From contig JAJYIF010000017.1 in NCBI GenBank assembly GCA_021790195.1, forward strand, positions 1,798 through 65,797: DNA of 64,000 bases, written 5' to 3'. This document shows positions 19,237 through 27,578 of the stretch, piece by piece; the stretch's first letter is position 1, and each line of letters begins with the position of its first letter. Source of the stretch: Nitrospirota bacterium (GTDB taxonomy: Bacteria; Nitrospirota; Thermodesulfovibrionia; Thermodesulfovibrionales; UBA9159). The notes beneath the pieces are model-generated. The model saw only the letters and a list, made by a program, of their open reading frames with translations, was not told the DNA's origin and did not search any database. A program made the translations under genes and the position numbers.

Positions 19237-20328
19237 TTACTCCTGAGCATTCATAAAACGATTTAAAAATGCAAGTTTCTTTTCCTCCTTAATGCTTACA
19301 TCTAAACAACGAATGTCATTGCGAGGAACTCTTTTGCCTCGCCACATACTTACGAATTTCTCTATCCGAGAAAAATTATTGATTATATTGTCGGGATCAT
19401 TTCCAATCTGCAACAGAAAAGGCGCTCCCTCCGGAAAATCCATGTCCTGATACCCTACTATCGTTGGTAGCCCGTAAGCAAGATATTCTCGAACCTTTAA
19501 GGGAGACGATTCTTTCTTGCCGATAAGATAAAGGGAGAGAGGTCCTATGGCTACGTCGGCTTGTGCAAGAAGCAATTCATATTGGGACTGGTTCAAAAAA
19601 CCATGAAAAAAAACGTTTCTGGGTGAGCCCCTGAAATCTGCTGGATCAGGGCCGATCAAGTCAAATCTCCATGTCTTAAGACGATGAGCGAGCCACAAAA
19701 TCTTATCAATTCCGTGCCAGGGTTGGTTAGGTGAACCCATGAAAATGAGTATAGGGTCAAAATTGCGTGGGGCGTCAAGCTGGCGAAAACGTTTTAAGTC
19801 GATACCATTACCGATCGCAATATATGGCTTGCCGAACCTTGCAAGATGTGGAAGTTTAGCCAGCTGATGAGATTCAAGAATGAGACCCTTGCTATTGAGA
19901 AAAATGTATCGCCTTGTAAGATAATTGTACCAGCGCCTAAAGCGGTTTCCCATACGGAATTCTGCAATATCATCAGAATTTATCTCCACGAACACTGGAA
20001 TTTTTTTTGAAAGATGTCTAAAAGCGGGATGATAGAGATCATACCGATAATAAACAATGCTCGGCAGGTAATCAACTACACTAGCGAAAAGCTGAGAAAG
20101 TCGCCTTGATCGCTTAGCGATCCCCTCATATTCATAAACAAATGTGGGGATTCCCGCTGCTCTATCAATGAACGACTTAGCCAACCCTGTCTGTGTCAAT
20201 ATAAAAAAAGCAACCTTGTTACCATGATTGATCCATTGGTGGGATTGATCCATAATTTTTTTGAATACACCGCTTTCCGGTCCGTCAATTAAGTGGAAAA
20301 TATACGCTATTAGCATAACCCCCTGCAC
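19237..20328 (-). CDS. GT-B fold glycosyltransferase (GT4-like)
   Basis: 363 aa. The C-terminal half carries the retaining-GT pattern ...ESSPLKVREYLAYGLPTIV.... AT-rich relative to the flanks. Confidence 0.6.
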   Translation of the reverse strand: MQGVMLIAYIFHLIDGPESGVFKKIMDQSHQWINHGNKVAFFILTQTGLAKSFIDRAAGIPTFVYEYEGIAKRSRRLSQLFASVVDYLPSIVYYRYDLYHPAFRHLSKKIPVFVEINSDDIAEFRMGNRFRRWYNYLTRRYIFLNSKGLILESHQLAKLPHLARFGKPYIAIGNGIDLKRFRQLDAPRNFDPILIFMGSPNQPWHGIDKILWLAHRLKTWRFDLIGPDPADFRGSPRNVFFHGFLNQSQYELLLAQADVAIGPLSLYLIGKKESSPLKVREYLAYGLPTIVGYQDMDFPEGAPFLLQIGNDPDNIINNFSRIEKFVSMWRGKRVPRNDIRCLDVSIKEEKKLAFLNRFMNAQE

Positions 20329-20578
20329 AATTTCTGAATATTCAGGACAGTGTAATTATAAGAAAAGATCTTTGTGAATATCCAGTATTATCAGAAGCTT
20401 AACAGAACCTCAGATTGACGAACTGATCAGCGTCATGTTAGACCCCCAAAGCGCATTTTGCAGTCAGCGGTCAGAAAGCATACAGAACTCAAGTCAGACT
20501 ATTCATCGCTGGTAATTTACCGGCGGTCTTTTTAGGGGTCCTGAAGGGTCTCAGTGCTTGTTTTTAAAGGTAAAAGAA

Positions 20579-20669
20579 TGGCGGAGAGAGTGGGATTTGA
20601 ACCCACGGTGCGGTATTAGCGCACACACGATTTCCAGTCGTGCTCCTTCAGCCGCTCGGACATCTCTCC
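20579..20669 (-). tRNA. tRNA-Ser (anticodon GGA)
   Basis: Minus-strand sequence GGAGAGATGTCCGAGCGGCTGAAGGAGCACGACTGGAAATCGTGTGTGCGCTAATACCGCACCGTGGGTTCAAATCCCACTCTCTCCGCCA. It has a 7-bp acceptor stem, anticodon loop CUGGAAA, a long variable arm, a GGTTCAAATCC T-loop and an encoded CCA. Confidence 0.95.
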
Positions 20670-21101
20670 ACGCCCAAAAAAGTTTCTTATTATAAATTAG
20701 GATCTTCAAAAACAACAAGCGCTCCCAATTGCTCTTGATAGCTGTGACATGAAGACCGGCGATGCCTGTTCGCTAATGCCACTGGATTTTTTTTTAGACT
20801 TGCGTTAATATTAAGCATTACCCCATAGGGGCTGGCGAATCCCCTCCCAAGAAAGCGCCAGCCCCTCCCCACTTTCACCCTTCCCTTACTTGCACCCTTC
20901 GAGTGAATGCGTCCCTGTCGATGACGGCACTTCTGAAGACGGTAAATAGAAGGACTTTACAGTATAAGAAGAGGCGCTCACCCTCAATCCTGCGACAGGA
21001 TAGTTCAGACAAATATCAAGATGCTCAAGAAGAAGCCCGGACTCGTCCCTGACGCCTGAAGATCAGGCACGTTAGAGGCGCATAGACAATACCCGGCAGC
21101 C

Positions 21102-22919
21102 TTAAGGCGCTAATATACTGCCGGACTGAAGGATTGTCCCCCAATCTCCCACAGCTACAAAGGTGCCGTTGCCGTAAGTTACACTGCGAAGTGTCTCGGT
21201 AGTCGCGGAAGGCTGCACTGTCCATGTTTTTCCATCGCGGGACGCAAGTATCGTGCCGCCCCCTACAGCCACAAAAGTGCCGTCGCCGTAGGTCGCTCCA
21301 TAAAGCCCGCCCTCGGTCGTCCCCGACTGAGTTGTCCATGTTGATCCGTCAGGAGAAGTAAAAATACCATATTCTCCAACGGCCACAAAAGTGCCGTTGC
21401 CGTAAGTCACTCCTGCGAGATAACTAATCCCCGCCGGGGAGTGGGCTGTCCATGTTGTTCCATCAGTAGACGTGAGGATCTTATCATAGCTTCCAACACC
21501 CACAAAAGCGCCGCTACCGTAAGTAACGCTGACGAGGTGAGCACCGCCCGACGATTGGGTTGACCAGGTCCTTACATTAGTAGACGTGAGGATTGTGCCA
21601 ACGCCTCCTCCGACAGCCACAAAAACACCATTACCGCAAACCACTCCTGCGAGTGAATCGGAACTTCCAGAGGCTTGAGCTGCCCATGTCTTTGCATCTG
21701 AGGAAGTGAGTATCGTCCCGGAGCTTCCCACGGCCACAAATGTACCGTCACCATACGTCACGCCAAAAAGGTCTTCCACAGTTCCTGAGATTTGAACCGA
21801 CCATGTCTTTCCATCGGGAGACGTAAGTAGCGTGCCACCTGCTCCTACAGCTACGAAAGTGCCATTGCCATAAGCCACGCCATATAAGAAATTAGTGGTC
21901 CCCAACGGGGCTATCCATGTCTTCCCATCAGGAGAGGTAAGGATCGTGCCATGTTCTCCCACAGCCACAAAGATGCCGTTGCCATAGGTCACTCCAGTCA
22001 GAGCAGCGGCAGCCCCGGACGATTGAGTCGTCCACGTCTTTCCATCGGGAGATGTGATCATGCAGCTCTTTCCCGATTCTCCAAATGTTTCCCCCACAGC
22101 AACAAAAGTGCCATTGCCATAGGCCACGCCGGAGAGATAATCAGAACCTCCCATGGATTGCTCTGTCCACGTCTTTCCATCGGGAGATGTAACTATTAGG
22201 CCATGGTACAAGTATCCTACAGCTACGAAAGTGCCGTTGCCATAGGTCACGTCAGAGAGCTGACTGACTCCTGACGATTGTGTGGCCCATGTCTTTCCAT
22301 CTGGAGAAGTGAGGACCACACCATGTTCTCCCACGGCTACAAAAGTGCCGTTGCCATAGGTCACTGACAAAAAGTGGTCGGTACTGCCCGATGACTGGAC
22401 CGTCCAGGTCTTTCCATCGGGAGAAGTGAGAATCGTGTAGTGTACTTCCATCTCCCCGGTCGTACCCCCGACAGCCACAAAAGTGCCGTCAGCGTATGCT
22501 ACCCCAGAGAGTGTTTCGCTAATGCCGGAAGATCGCCCTGTCCACGCGCTTCCATCAGGAGAAGTGAGGATCGCACCGAGTGATCCCACCGCTACAAAAA
22601 TGCCATTGCCATAGGTCACCTTATAGAGATTGACTGCGGTAGTCCCGGATTGCAGTGACCAGCTCTTTCCATCGGGAGACGTAAGAATTGTACTGGCATC
22701 TCCCACAGCCACGAACGTACCGTTGCCATAGGTCACGCCATTGAGAGTGTTTCCCTGACGGGCAGGATCACCCAAAGTCCAACTATAGAGAGCCGATGTC
22801 ACTGGTGGCGTCGGTTGGGCAGTGGTCTCGTTGCCCCCTCCGCCTCCACAACTTACCACAAAAAAGGATATGCAGACATATATTATGAGAGTGAATATCG
22901 ACCTATCACGCTTTTTCAT
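21102..22919 (-). CDS. Lipoprotein built from ~14 tandem Asp-box (BNR-like) beta-propeller repeats
   Basis: 605 aa. Signal peptide plus lipobox (FFVVSC GGGGG). Then 13 full repeats of ~40-42 aa with consensus (V)TYGNGTFVAVG..GTILTSPDGKTWT.QSSG, where SxDxGxTW is the Asp-box, plus one terminal partial repeat. Confidence 0.8.
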   Translation of the reverse strand: MKKRDRSIFTLIIYVCISFFVVSCGGGGGNETTAQPTPPVTSALYSWTLGDPARQGNTLNGVTYGNGTFVAVGDASTILTSPDGKSWSLQSGTTAVNLYKVTYGNGIFVAVGSLGAILTSPDGSAWTGRSSGISETLSGVAYADGTFVAVGGTTGEMEVHYTILTSPDGKTWTVQSSGSTDHFLSVTYGNGTFVAVGEHGVVLTSPDGKTWATQSSGVSQLSDVTYGNGTFVAVGYLYHGLIVTSPDGKTWTEQSMGGSDYLSGVAYGNGTFVAVGETFGESGKSCMITSPDGKTWTTQSSGAAAALTGVTYGNGIFVAVGEHGTILTSPDGKTWIAPLGTTNFLYGVAYGNGTFVAVGAGGTLLTSPDGKTWSVQISGTVEDLFGVTYGDGTFVAVGSSGTILTSSDAKTWAAQASGSSDSLAGVVCGNGVFVAVGGGVGTILTSTNVRTWSTQSSGGAHLVSVTYGSGAFVGVGSYDKILTSTDGTTWTAHSPAGISYLAGVTYGNGTFVAVGEYGIFTSPDGSTWTTQSGTTEGGLYGATYGDGTFVAVGGGTILASRDGKTWTVQPSATTETLRSVTYGNGTFVAVGDWGTILQSGSILAP

Positions 22920-23039
22920 ATTTTTCCTCCAATAGATAGAAAGATGCTGAAGCGCGGACTACCCTGTTTGACATATGCAGTTTCATATTATCCCCTCATG
23001 CCAATTATGCCTGATGATACAGTTCGGAAACGATAAAGT

Positions 23040-23061
23040 AAATACCCTTGGCGGGGTATTT
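23040..23061 (-). terminator. Hairpin downstream of cca (probable intrinsic terminator)
   Basis: aaataccc ttggcg gggtattt forms an 8-bp stem with A/T-rich flanks on both sides, 28 nt after the cca stop. Confidence 0.35.
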
Positions 23062-23088
23062 TTGGGGTACATTCGACATTATCGCGAG

Positions 23089-24273
23089 TTACGGAATCTT
23101 ATCATTTGCCCGACTCGACAGCCACCTTATAGCGTCATTTTCATTTCTGAGCTTTCCCAGAAATTGCATCTTCCTCACTTCTCTCAACAGGGAGCCGAGT
23201 TCGGGACCCGCGCCAACTCCCGTTATCTCCATGATCTTCCCGGCGGACAGGAGGCCTTTCATAGCAAGGAACCTTCGCGCTTCTCTTACGAATCCCTTTC
23301 TCCGTGTCAACAGGGCAAAATCCATGGCGCCCTCCCCGGCCGCAGCTAACAGATCATACAACTTCGTTCTATTTATTCTTCTATTCTTTTCATACACACT
23401 CAACAAGGGACCAATGACATTTAATCTATTGAGAGAGGCCCTGCTCAGTCTCAAGAGGTTCTTCCCTGCAGTTGAGCCACTAAGAAGCTGCTCGGCCCTC
23501 AGCAGACCGATATGTGAGAGCCCTTGTGAGAACTCGTCTCCAAAAGAGATCGGCAGGCCCTCTCTCCTCTTCTCAATAAAAGAGTCGAGCCTTGAGAGCT
23601 TACGTATGTTATCGCCCAACCTGGCCGCATCCAGTGATATAATCTCACCCAACAGACCGTCGGCAGCGGCCATCTTCACCGCCTTCACGCAATAGCGGGA
23701 GTTCAACAGTCTGATCGATTCCGAAGTTGTTCTTTCAAGGGCCGGGAGTTTGATCGATCCCGCAAGCTCCTTCACTATCTTTCTCGTCTTACCCTCAATC
23801 CTCCAGCCCAGCTCCCCCGCAAAACGATACGCCCTGAGAAGCCTCAGAGGATCGTTGACAAAGTTGCTTTCGCAGATCGCCCTGATCCTCTGCTTCACAA
23901 TATCTTCTCGCCCCTTCAGCGGGTCGATGATCCCCCGCCCAGCCGACCAGGCTACGGCGTTCATAGTAAAATCCCGTCCGGACAGGTCGTCTTCAAGGCT
24001 CCCGCGCAATTCCGAGAAGTCCATAGTGTAATCGTCTACGACGACTCTCACCGTCATTGCCTTCTTAAATATGATTACAGTGGCCCGCTCCTCTGGAAAA
24101 ATTTTCGATATGAGTCCCCTCACATCCCCTCTCACTATGAAGTCAATATCCCTCGATCTTGTCCCAATCAAGAGATCCCTGATGAAACCACCGACCAGAA
24201 ACACGTCTGCGCAAGCGTCAAGGACCCCCGCAATCAGCGGGTCGCCGAGGATTGTCTCTCTCATGCCCTCCAT
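23089..24273 (-). CDS. cca: tRNA nucleotidyltransferase / poly(A) polymerase family protein (CCA-adding enzyme-like)
   Basis: 394 aa. Head-domain motifs VGGFIRDLLIG..SRDIDF and RDFTMNA, followed by DPLRLLRAYRFA. Confidence 0.75.
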   Translation of the reverse strand: MEGMRETILGDPLIAGVLDACADVFLVGGFIRDLLIGTRSRDIDFIVRGDVRGLISKIFPEERATVIIFKKAMTVRVVVDDYTMDFSELRGSLEDDLSGRDFTMNAVAWSAGRGIIDPLKGREDIVKQRIRAICESNFVNDPLRLLRAYRFAGELGWRIEGKTRKIVKELAGSIKLPALERTTSESIRLLNSRYCVKAVKMAAADGLLGEIISLDAARLGDNIRKLSRLDSFIEKRREGLPISFGDEFSQGLSHIGLLRAEQLLSGSTAGKNLLRLSRASLNRLNVIGPLLSVYEKNRRINRTKLYDLLAAAGEGAMDFALLTRRKGFVREARRFLAMKGLLSAGKIMEITGVGAGPELGSLLREVRKMQFLGKLRNENDAIRWLSSRANDKIP

Positions 24274-24407
24274 AACTCATATTATGTTGATGTCTTTGGC
24301 CTTAATCAACAGATTTCCTCCAAAACTTATTCCTCTTTGTCATCTATTAATGAATGAATTATGTTACAATCTATTGCCATGTTCACCGTCTGCAGGGAGG
24401 AACAATA

Positions 24408-25175
24408 ATGAAGATCAAGGTGCTGGGCTGTTCCGGCGCTGAATTCCCGGGACACAATACGCCCGGTTTTCTTCTTGACGATGAGATCTTGCTGGACGCC
24501 GGAAGCCTCACGAATGTTCTTAATGGAAACAGGCAATGGAAGATAAAGAACATCTTCATTACCCACGCCCACCTGGACCATATAAAAGGCATCCCTTTTC
24601 TTGCAGATAACCTGATTATGAGGAACCAAGGCCATAAGGTAACCATAGCGGGCATTGCCCGCGTTATCGACACAATCAAGAAAAACCTTCTCAACGGCTA
24701 CCTCTGGCCCGATTTCACGATAATTCCGGACCCTAAGAGCGGCGTATTGAGATTCACGCGTTTGCGTGAAGGGCTCCCGGTCCAGGTCAACGGTTATTCT
24801 GTCACGCCCTTCAGAGTAAATCATTCGGTCCCCGCAACGGGATACCTTGTTGAAGACAACGCGGGCAGGACTCTTTTCTACACAGGCGATACAGGCCCTA
24901 CGCGATCAACCTGGCAAAAGATCGGCGACAGGAAAATCAACTGTCTGATAATAGAGTCTTCTTTCCCTGACAAGATGCGCGCCACCGCTATGGCCACCGG
25001 CCATCTCACCGCGTCCCTGATGAAGGAAGAAATATCCAGGATTGAAAAGATGCCCGAAAAGATATATGTCACTCACACCAAGCCGCAGTATTTCAAGACG
25101 ATCCGGGCCGAGGTCTCGGCGCTCGGGCTGAAGAACCTGAGACTCCTGCGGGACGGCGAAGTGATCAGAGTGTAA
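24408..25175 (+). CDS. MBL-fold hydrolase resembling class II 3',5'-cyclic-nucleotide phosphodiesterase
   Basis: The tracked ORF starts at 24354. I prefer ATG 24408 (MKIKVLGCSG...), preceded by GGGAGG. The motif ITHAHLDHIKGIPFLAD matches the class-II PDE signature HxHLDH.... Confidence 0.5.
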   Translation: MKIKVLGCSGAEFPGHNTPGFLLDDEILLDAGSLTNVLNGNRQWKIKNIFITHAHLDHIKGIPFLADNLIMRNQGHKVTIAGIARVIDTIKKNLLNGYLWPDFTIIPDPKSGVLRFTRLREGLPVQVNGYSVTPFRVNHSVPATGYLVEDNAGRTLFYTGDTGPTRSTWQKIGDRKINCLIIESSFPDKMRATAMATGHLTASLMKEEISRIEKMPEKIYVTHTKPQYFKTIRAEVSALGLKNLRLLRDGEVIRV

Positions 25176-25243
25176 AGAAGACCATGTCTGTAAGAGCCGC
25201 AATGCGGTATTCTGATAAAATTTGGAGGGGCCTGATTCTCTTC

Positions 25244-25271
25244 TTGACAAACGCTCGGGACCATATATAAG
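25244..25271 (+). promoter_or_regulatory. Candidate sigma70-type promoter for the TPR/barrel-FecR operon
   Basis: TTGACA (25244-25249), a 16-nt spacer, then TATAAG (25266-25271). The ATG at 25282 is only ~11 nt downstream with no Shine-Dalgarno, which implies a very short leader or none. Confidence 0.3.
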
Positions 25272-25281
25272 GTATTAATCA

Positions 25282-26592
25282 ATGCATATAAGAGCAAAGA
25301 TATTATTTATCGCATCGCTTATGGCTTTCTTTCTTTGTTTTTTCCCATCGGGTTCCCGCGCCTCCGAAGCGTCCTATGAAAAACATCTTGCAAAGGGCGT
25401 AGCAGGCCTCGACGCAAACGATTTCGGTGCTGCCGTAAGAGAATTCAAGGCGGCGCTCAATGAGAAACCGGATGATGCCGTGGCGACGCTTTATCTCGGA
25501 ATTGTCCTTAGCCGCTCCGGCGATAAGGATGCCGGAGCAGTCCTAAGGAAGGCCCTCTCAATGCGGCCCTCTGATCCTCGCGCGAACCTCGAACTCGGCG
25601 TATATGATTTTGATGTGATGCTATATACGCAGGCCCGAGAATATTTTGAAAGCGCGGCAAGGCTCGCACCAGGCACCGAAATCTCTGCGACGGCGGAAGA
25701 GTATCTCGAACGCATGAAGCAACGCGGCATTGCCCGCCGCTGGTCGCTGGACTTATCCTTGGGAGGCCAGTACGACAGCAATGTAATATTGAATCCGGAT
25801 GTCGGCCCCCTGCCCCAGGGCATCTCCGGAAAATCGGACTGGAGGGCGGTGGCATATCTGAGAGGCAGATACACGATTTTTGCGAGCAACAGTGTGGAAA
25901 GTTCGGTGGGCTATAACCTTTACCAGAGCCTCCATGCGAAACTGTCGGATTTCAACGTTTCGCAGCATGTCTTTGACTTGTCCACGACATATCGCATTAC
26001 CCCTGTGCTTCGCCTGAGGGGCATCTACTCCTTCGAATACGTCCTTGTAGGCGGGAACGGGTATGACTTCGCCCATATGCTCGCGCCGGCCCTCGTCTTT
26101 GACGAGGGCAAGGGCTTCTCCTCGACAATTGAATACAGGTACAGGAAGGAGCATTTCATGAACGCGAGCTTCTTTACCGACAACTCGGACAGGACAGGCT
26201 CTGATAATCTGATAGAGATAAGCCAGGTCGTTCCGCTTCATAGGACCGTCCTTGCCCGCGCTGCCTATTCCTATGACGTTGACTCTACCGAAAAGGACTT
26301 CTGGCATTACAACGGCAACAGGGTAGCGGCCGGACTGACCGTAACGCTCCCCTGGAGGATGTTGATGAACGCAGACGGGGAATACTATAATAAGAACTAC
26401 GAGGGCATAAGTCCGCTGTCGGGCAGCAGAAGAAAGGACGACATTTATACCGCATCCTTATCGCTCACAAAAGCCTTGGATGACAGATACAGCGTTACAG
26501 CGGGCCAGATATACGTGAGGAATAAATCAAACATAAGCGATTTTGATTACAAGCGCAACATTACAAGTCTCTTTCTTAACGCGAGGTTTTAG
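25282..26592 (+). CDS. Signal-peptide protein with N-terminal TPR repeats and a C-terminal outer-membrane beta-barrel (DUF560/Slam-like architecture)
   Basis: 436 aa. Signal peptide, then TPR-like helices (AVREFKAALNEKPDDAVATLYLGIVL...). After that comes alternating amphipathic beta-strand sequence rich in Y/G/S, ending in ...SLFLNARF (terminal aromatic typical of OMPs). Confidence 0.55.
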   Translation: MHIRAKILFIASLMAFFLCFFPSGSRASEASYEKHLAKGVAGLDANDFGAAVREFKAALNEKPDDAVATLYLGIVLSRSGDKDAGAVLRKALSMRPSDPRANLELGVYDFDVMLYTQAREYFESAARLAPGTEISATAEEYLERMKQRGIARRWSLDLSLGGQYDSNVILNPDVGPLPQGISGKSDWRAVAYLRGRYTIFASNSVESSVGYNLYQSLHAKLSDFNVSQHVFDLSTTYRITPVLRLRGIYSFEYVLVGGNGYDFAHMLAPALVFDEGKGFSSTIEYRYRKEHFMNASFFTDNSDRTGSDNLIEISQVVPLHRTVLARAAYSYDVDSTEKDFWHYNGNRVAAGLTVTLPWRMLMNADGEYYNKNYEGISPLSGSRRKDDIYTASLSLTKALDDRYSVTAGQIYVRNKSNISDFDYKRNITSLFLNARF

Positions 26593-27435
26593 ATGAGGTT
26601 CCGCCGGAAGCTTTCAATGTTTTTAATTATACTTGTCGCTTTTTTCTCCTCATCCGCTGTTGTTTCCGCGGCAAACGAGGTAGGAACCGTCATTGCTCTC
26701 CGGGGAAAGGCCGTGATCCATAGAGACAAGAAAGACATTCATGCCCGTTTGAGGGATGGCCTGTTGCTTTCGGACGCCGTTTCTACTCTTGAGGCCTCCA
26801 GGGCCAAGATGCTCTTCAGAGACGACAGCGTTCTGACCATGGGTGAAAAATCCAGCGTTTTGATCAAGGAGTTTCTGTCCGCAGGCCAAAAGAAGGGCAG
26901 ATCGATCTTCAACCTCGTCGACGGCAAGATGAAGGCTGTCGTCGGGGGAGGTCAATTTGAAGTCCATACGCCTACGGCTGTAGCGGCTGCCCGGGGAACC
27001 GTGATCTACTTCTCCGTGGAGACGGTGAAGGGGAGACAATGCACCACTATATTCACTTCTGAAGGGACAGTCATTGCCAGGAGTTCTTCCAAGAAGATCA
27101 AGGGCAGCATAACTCTGACCAGAGACCTTGTCGCGACCATATGTCTGGGTGAACCCCTTCCCAAGCCGGTTGCAATATCTCCGTTGGAAAAGGAATCACT
27201 GATCAAGGATACCGATATTACGGGATATGAAATATCTATGCCGGTTCCTGCCGGGACAGGAATGGGAGCAGGGGCCGCTGTCTCAACAGCTGGTACCCCT
27301 CCTGTGAATCAACAGCCGATCACGATATCCGGCGCAACCGTACCTCCGCCCCCTCCACCGCCTCCGCCGCCCCCGCCCATAACGCCACCTTCATCCGGGG
27401 GACATGTTTATTACGGCTTGCCTCGCTACGACTAA
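26593..27435 (+). CDS. Secreted FecR-domain protein with a C-terminal poly-proline tract
   Basis: 280 aa. The start codon abuts the stop of the upstream gene (TAG ATG). Signal peptide, then a FecR-like core (GTVIALRGKAVIHR...LLLSDAVSTLEASRAKMLFRDDSVLTMGEKSSV). 12 consecutive Pro at 27343-27378. Confidence 0.65.
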   Translation: MRFRRKLSMFLIILVAFFSSSAVVSAANEVGTVIALRGKAVIHRDKKDIHARLRDGLLLSDAVSTLEASRAKMLFRDDSVLTMGEKSSVLIKEFLSAGQKKGRSIFNLVDGKMKAVVGGGQFEVHTPTAVAAARGTVIYFSVETVKGRQCTTIFTSEGTVIARSSSKKIKGSITLTRDLVATICLGEPLPKPVAISPLEKESLIKDTDITGYEISMPVPAGTGMGAGAAVSTAGTPPVNQQPITISGATVPPPPPPPPPPPPITPPSSGGHVYYGLPRYD

Positions 27436-27564
27436 GACGCGCGTACAAGTGAAGTTGCCAGCCCTGAAGAGAGAAAGTTGTCGCTGTCGGTAAGAACAGC
27501 GCTCTCCGGGCTTCGGTCTCTTCAAATACGTATTCCGCACTGTTTTCATTTATTTGGCCGACTC

Positions 27565-27572
27565 TGTATAAT
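27565..27572 (+). promoter_or_regulatory. Extended -10 element (TGTATAAT) placed for a leaderless cyclase transcript
   Basis: tgTATAAT at 27565-27572. The ATG of the cyclase gene begins 7 nt after the hexamer (27579), and there is no SD sequence in between. Confidence 0.35.
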
Positions 27573-27578
27573 CCAATT

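Noticed and set aside
18300-20578. tRNA-Ser-adjacent islet interpreted as an integrase-mediated genomic island.
   Set aside because: There is no integrase gene and no direct repeat of the tRNA 3' end at the distal boundary (18241-18380 inspected). Only the compositional anomaly is retained as a finding.
21102-22919. Regular ~125-bp DNA periodicity here, and 27/54-bp periodicity at 57990-58382, considered as CRISPR-like or satellite arrays.
   Set aside because: Both lie inside single long ORFs with a proper signal peptide and RBS. The repeats are protein repeats (Asp-box blades, GGYG units). There are no unique spacers of constant length.
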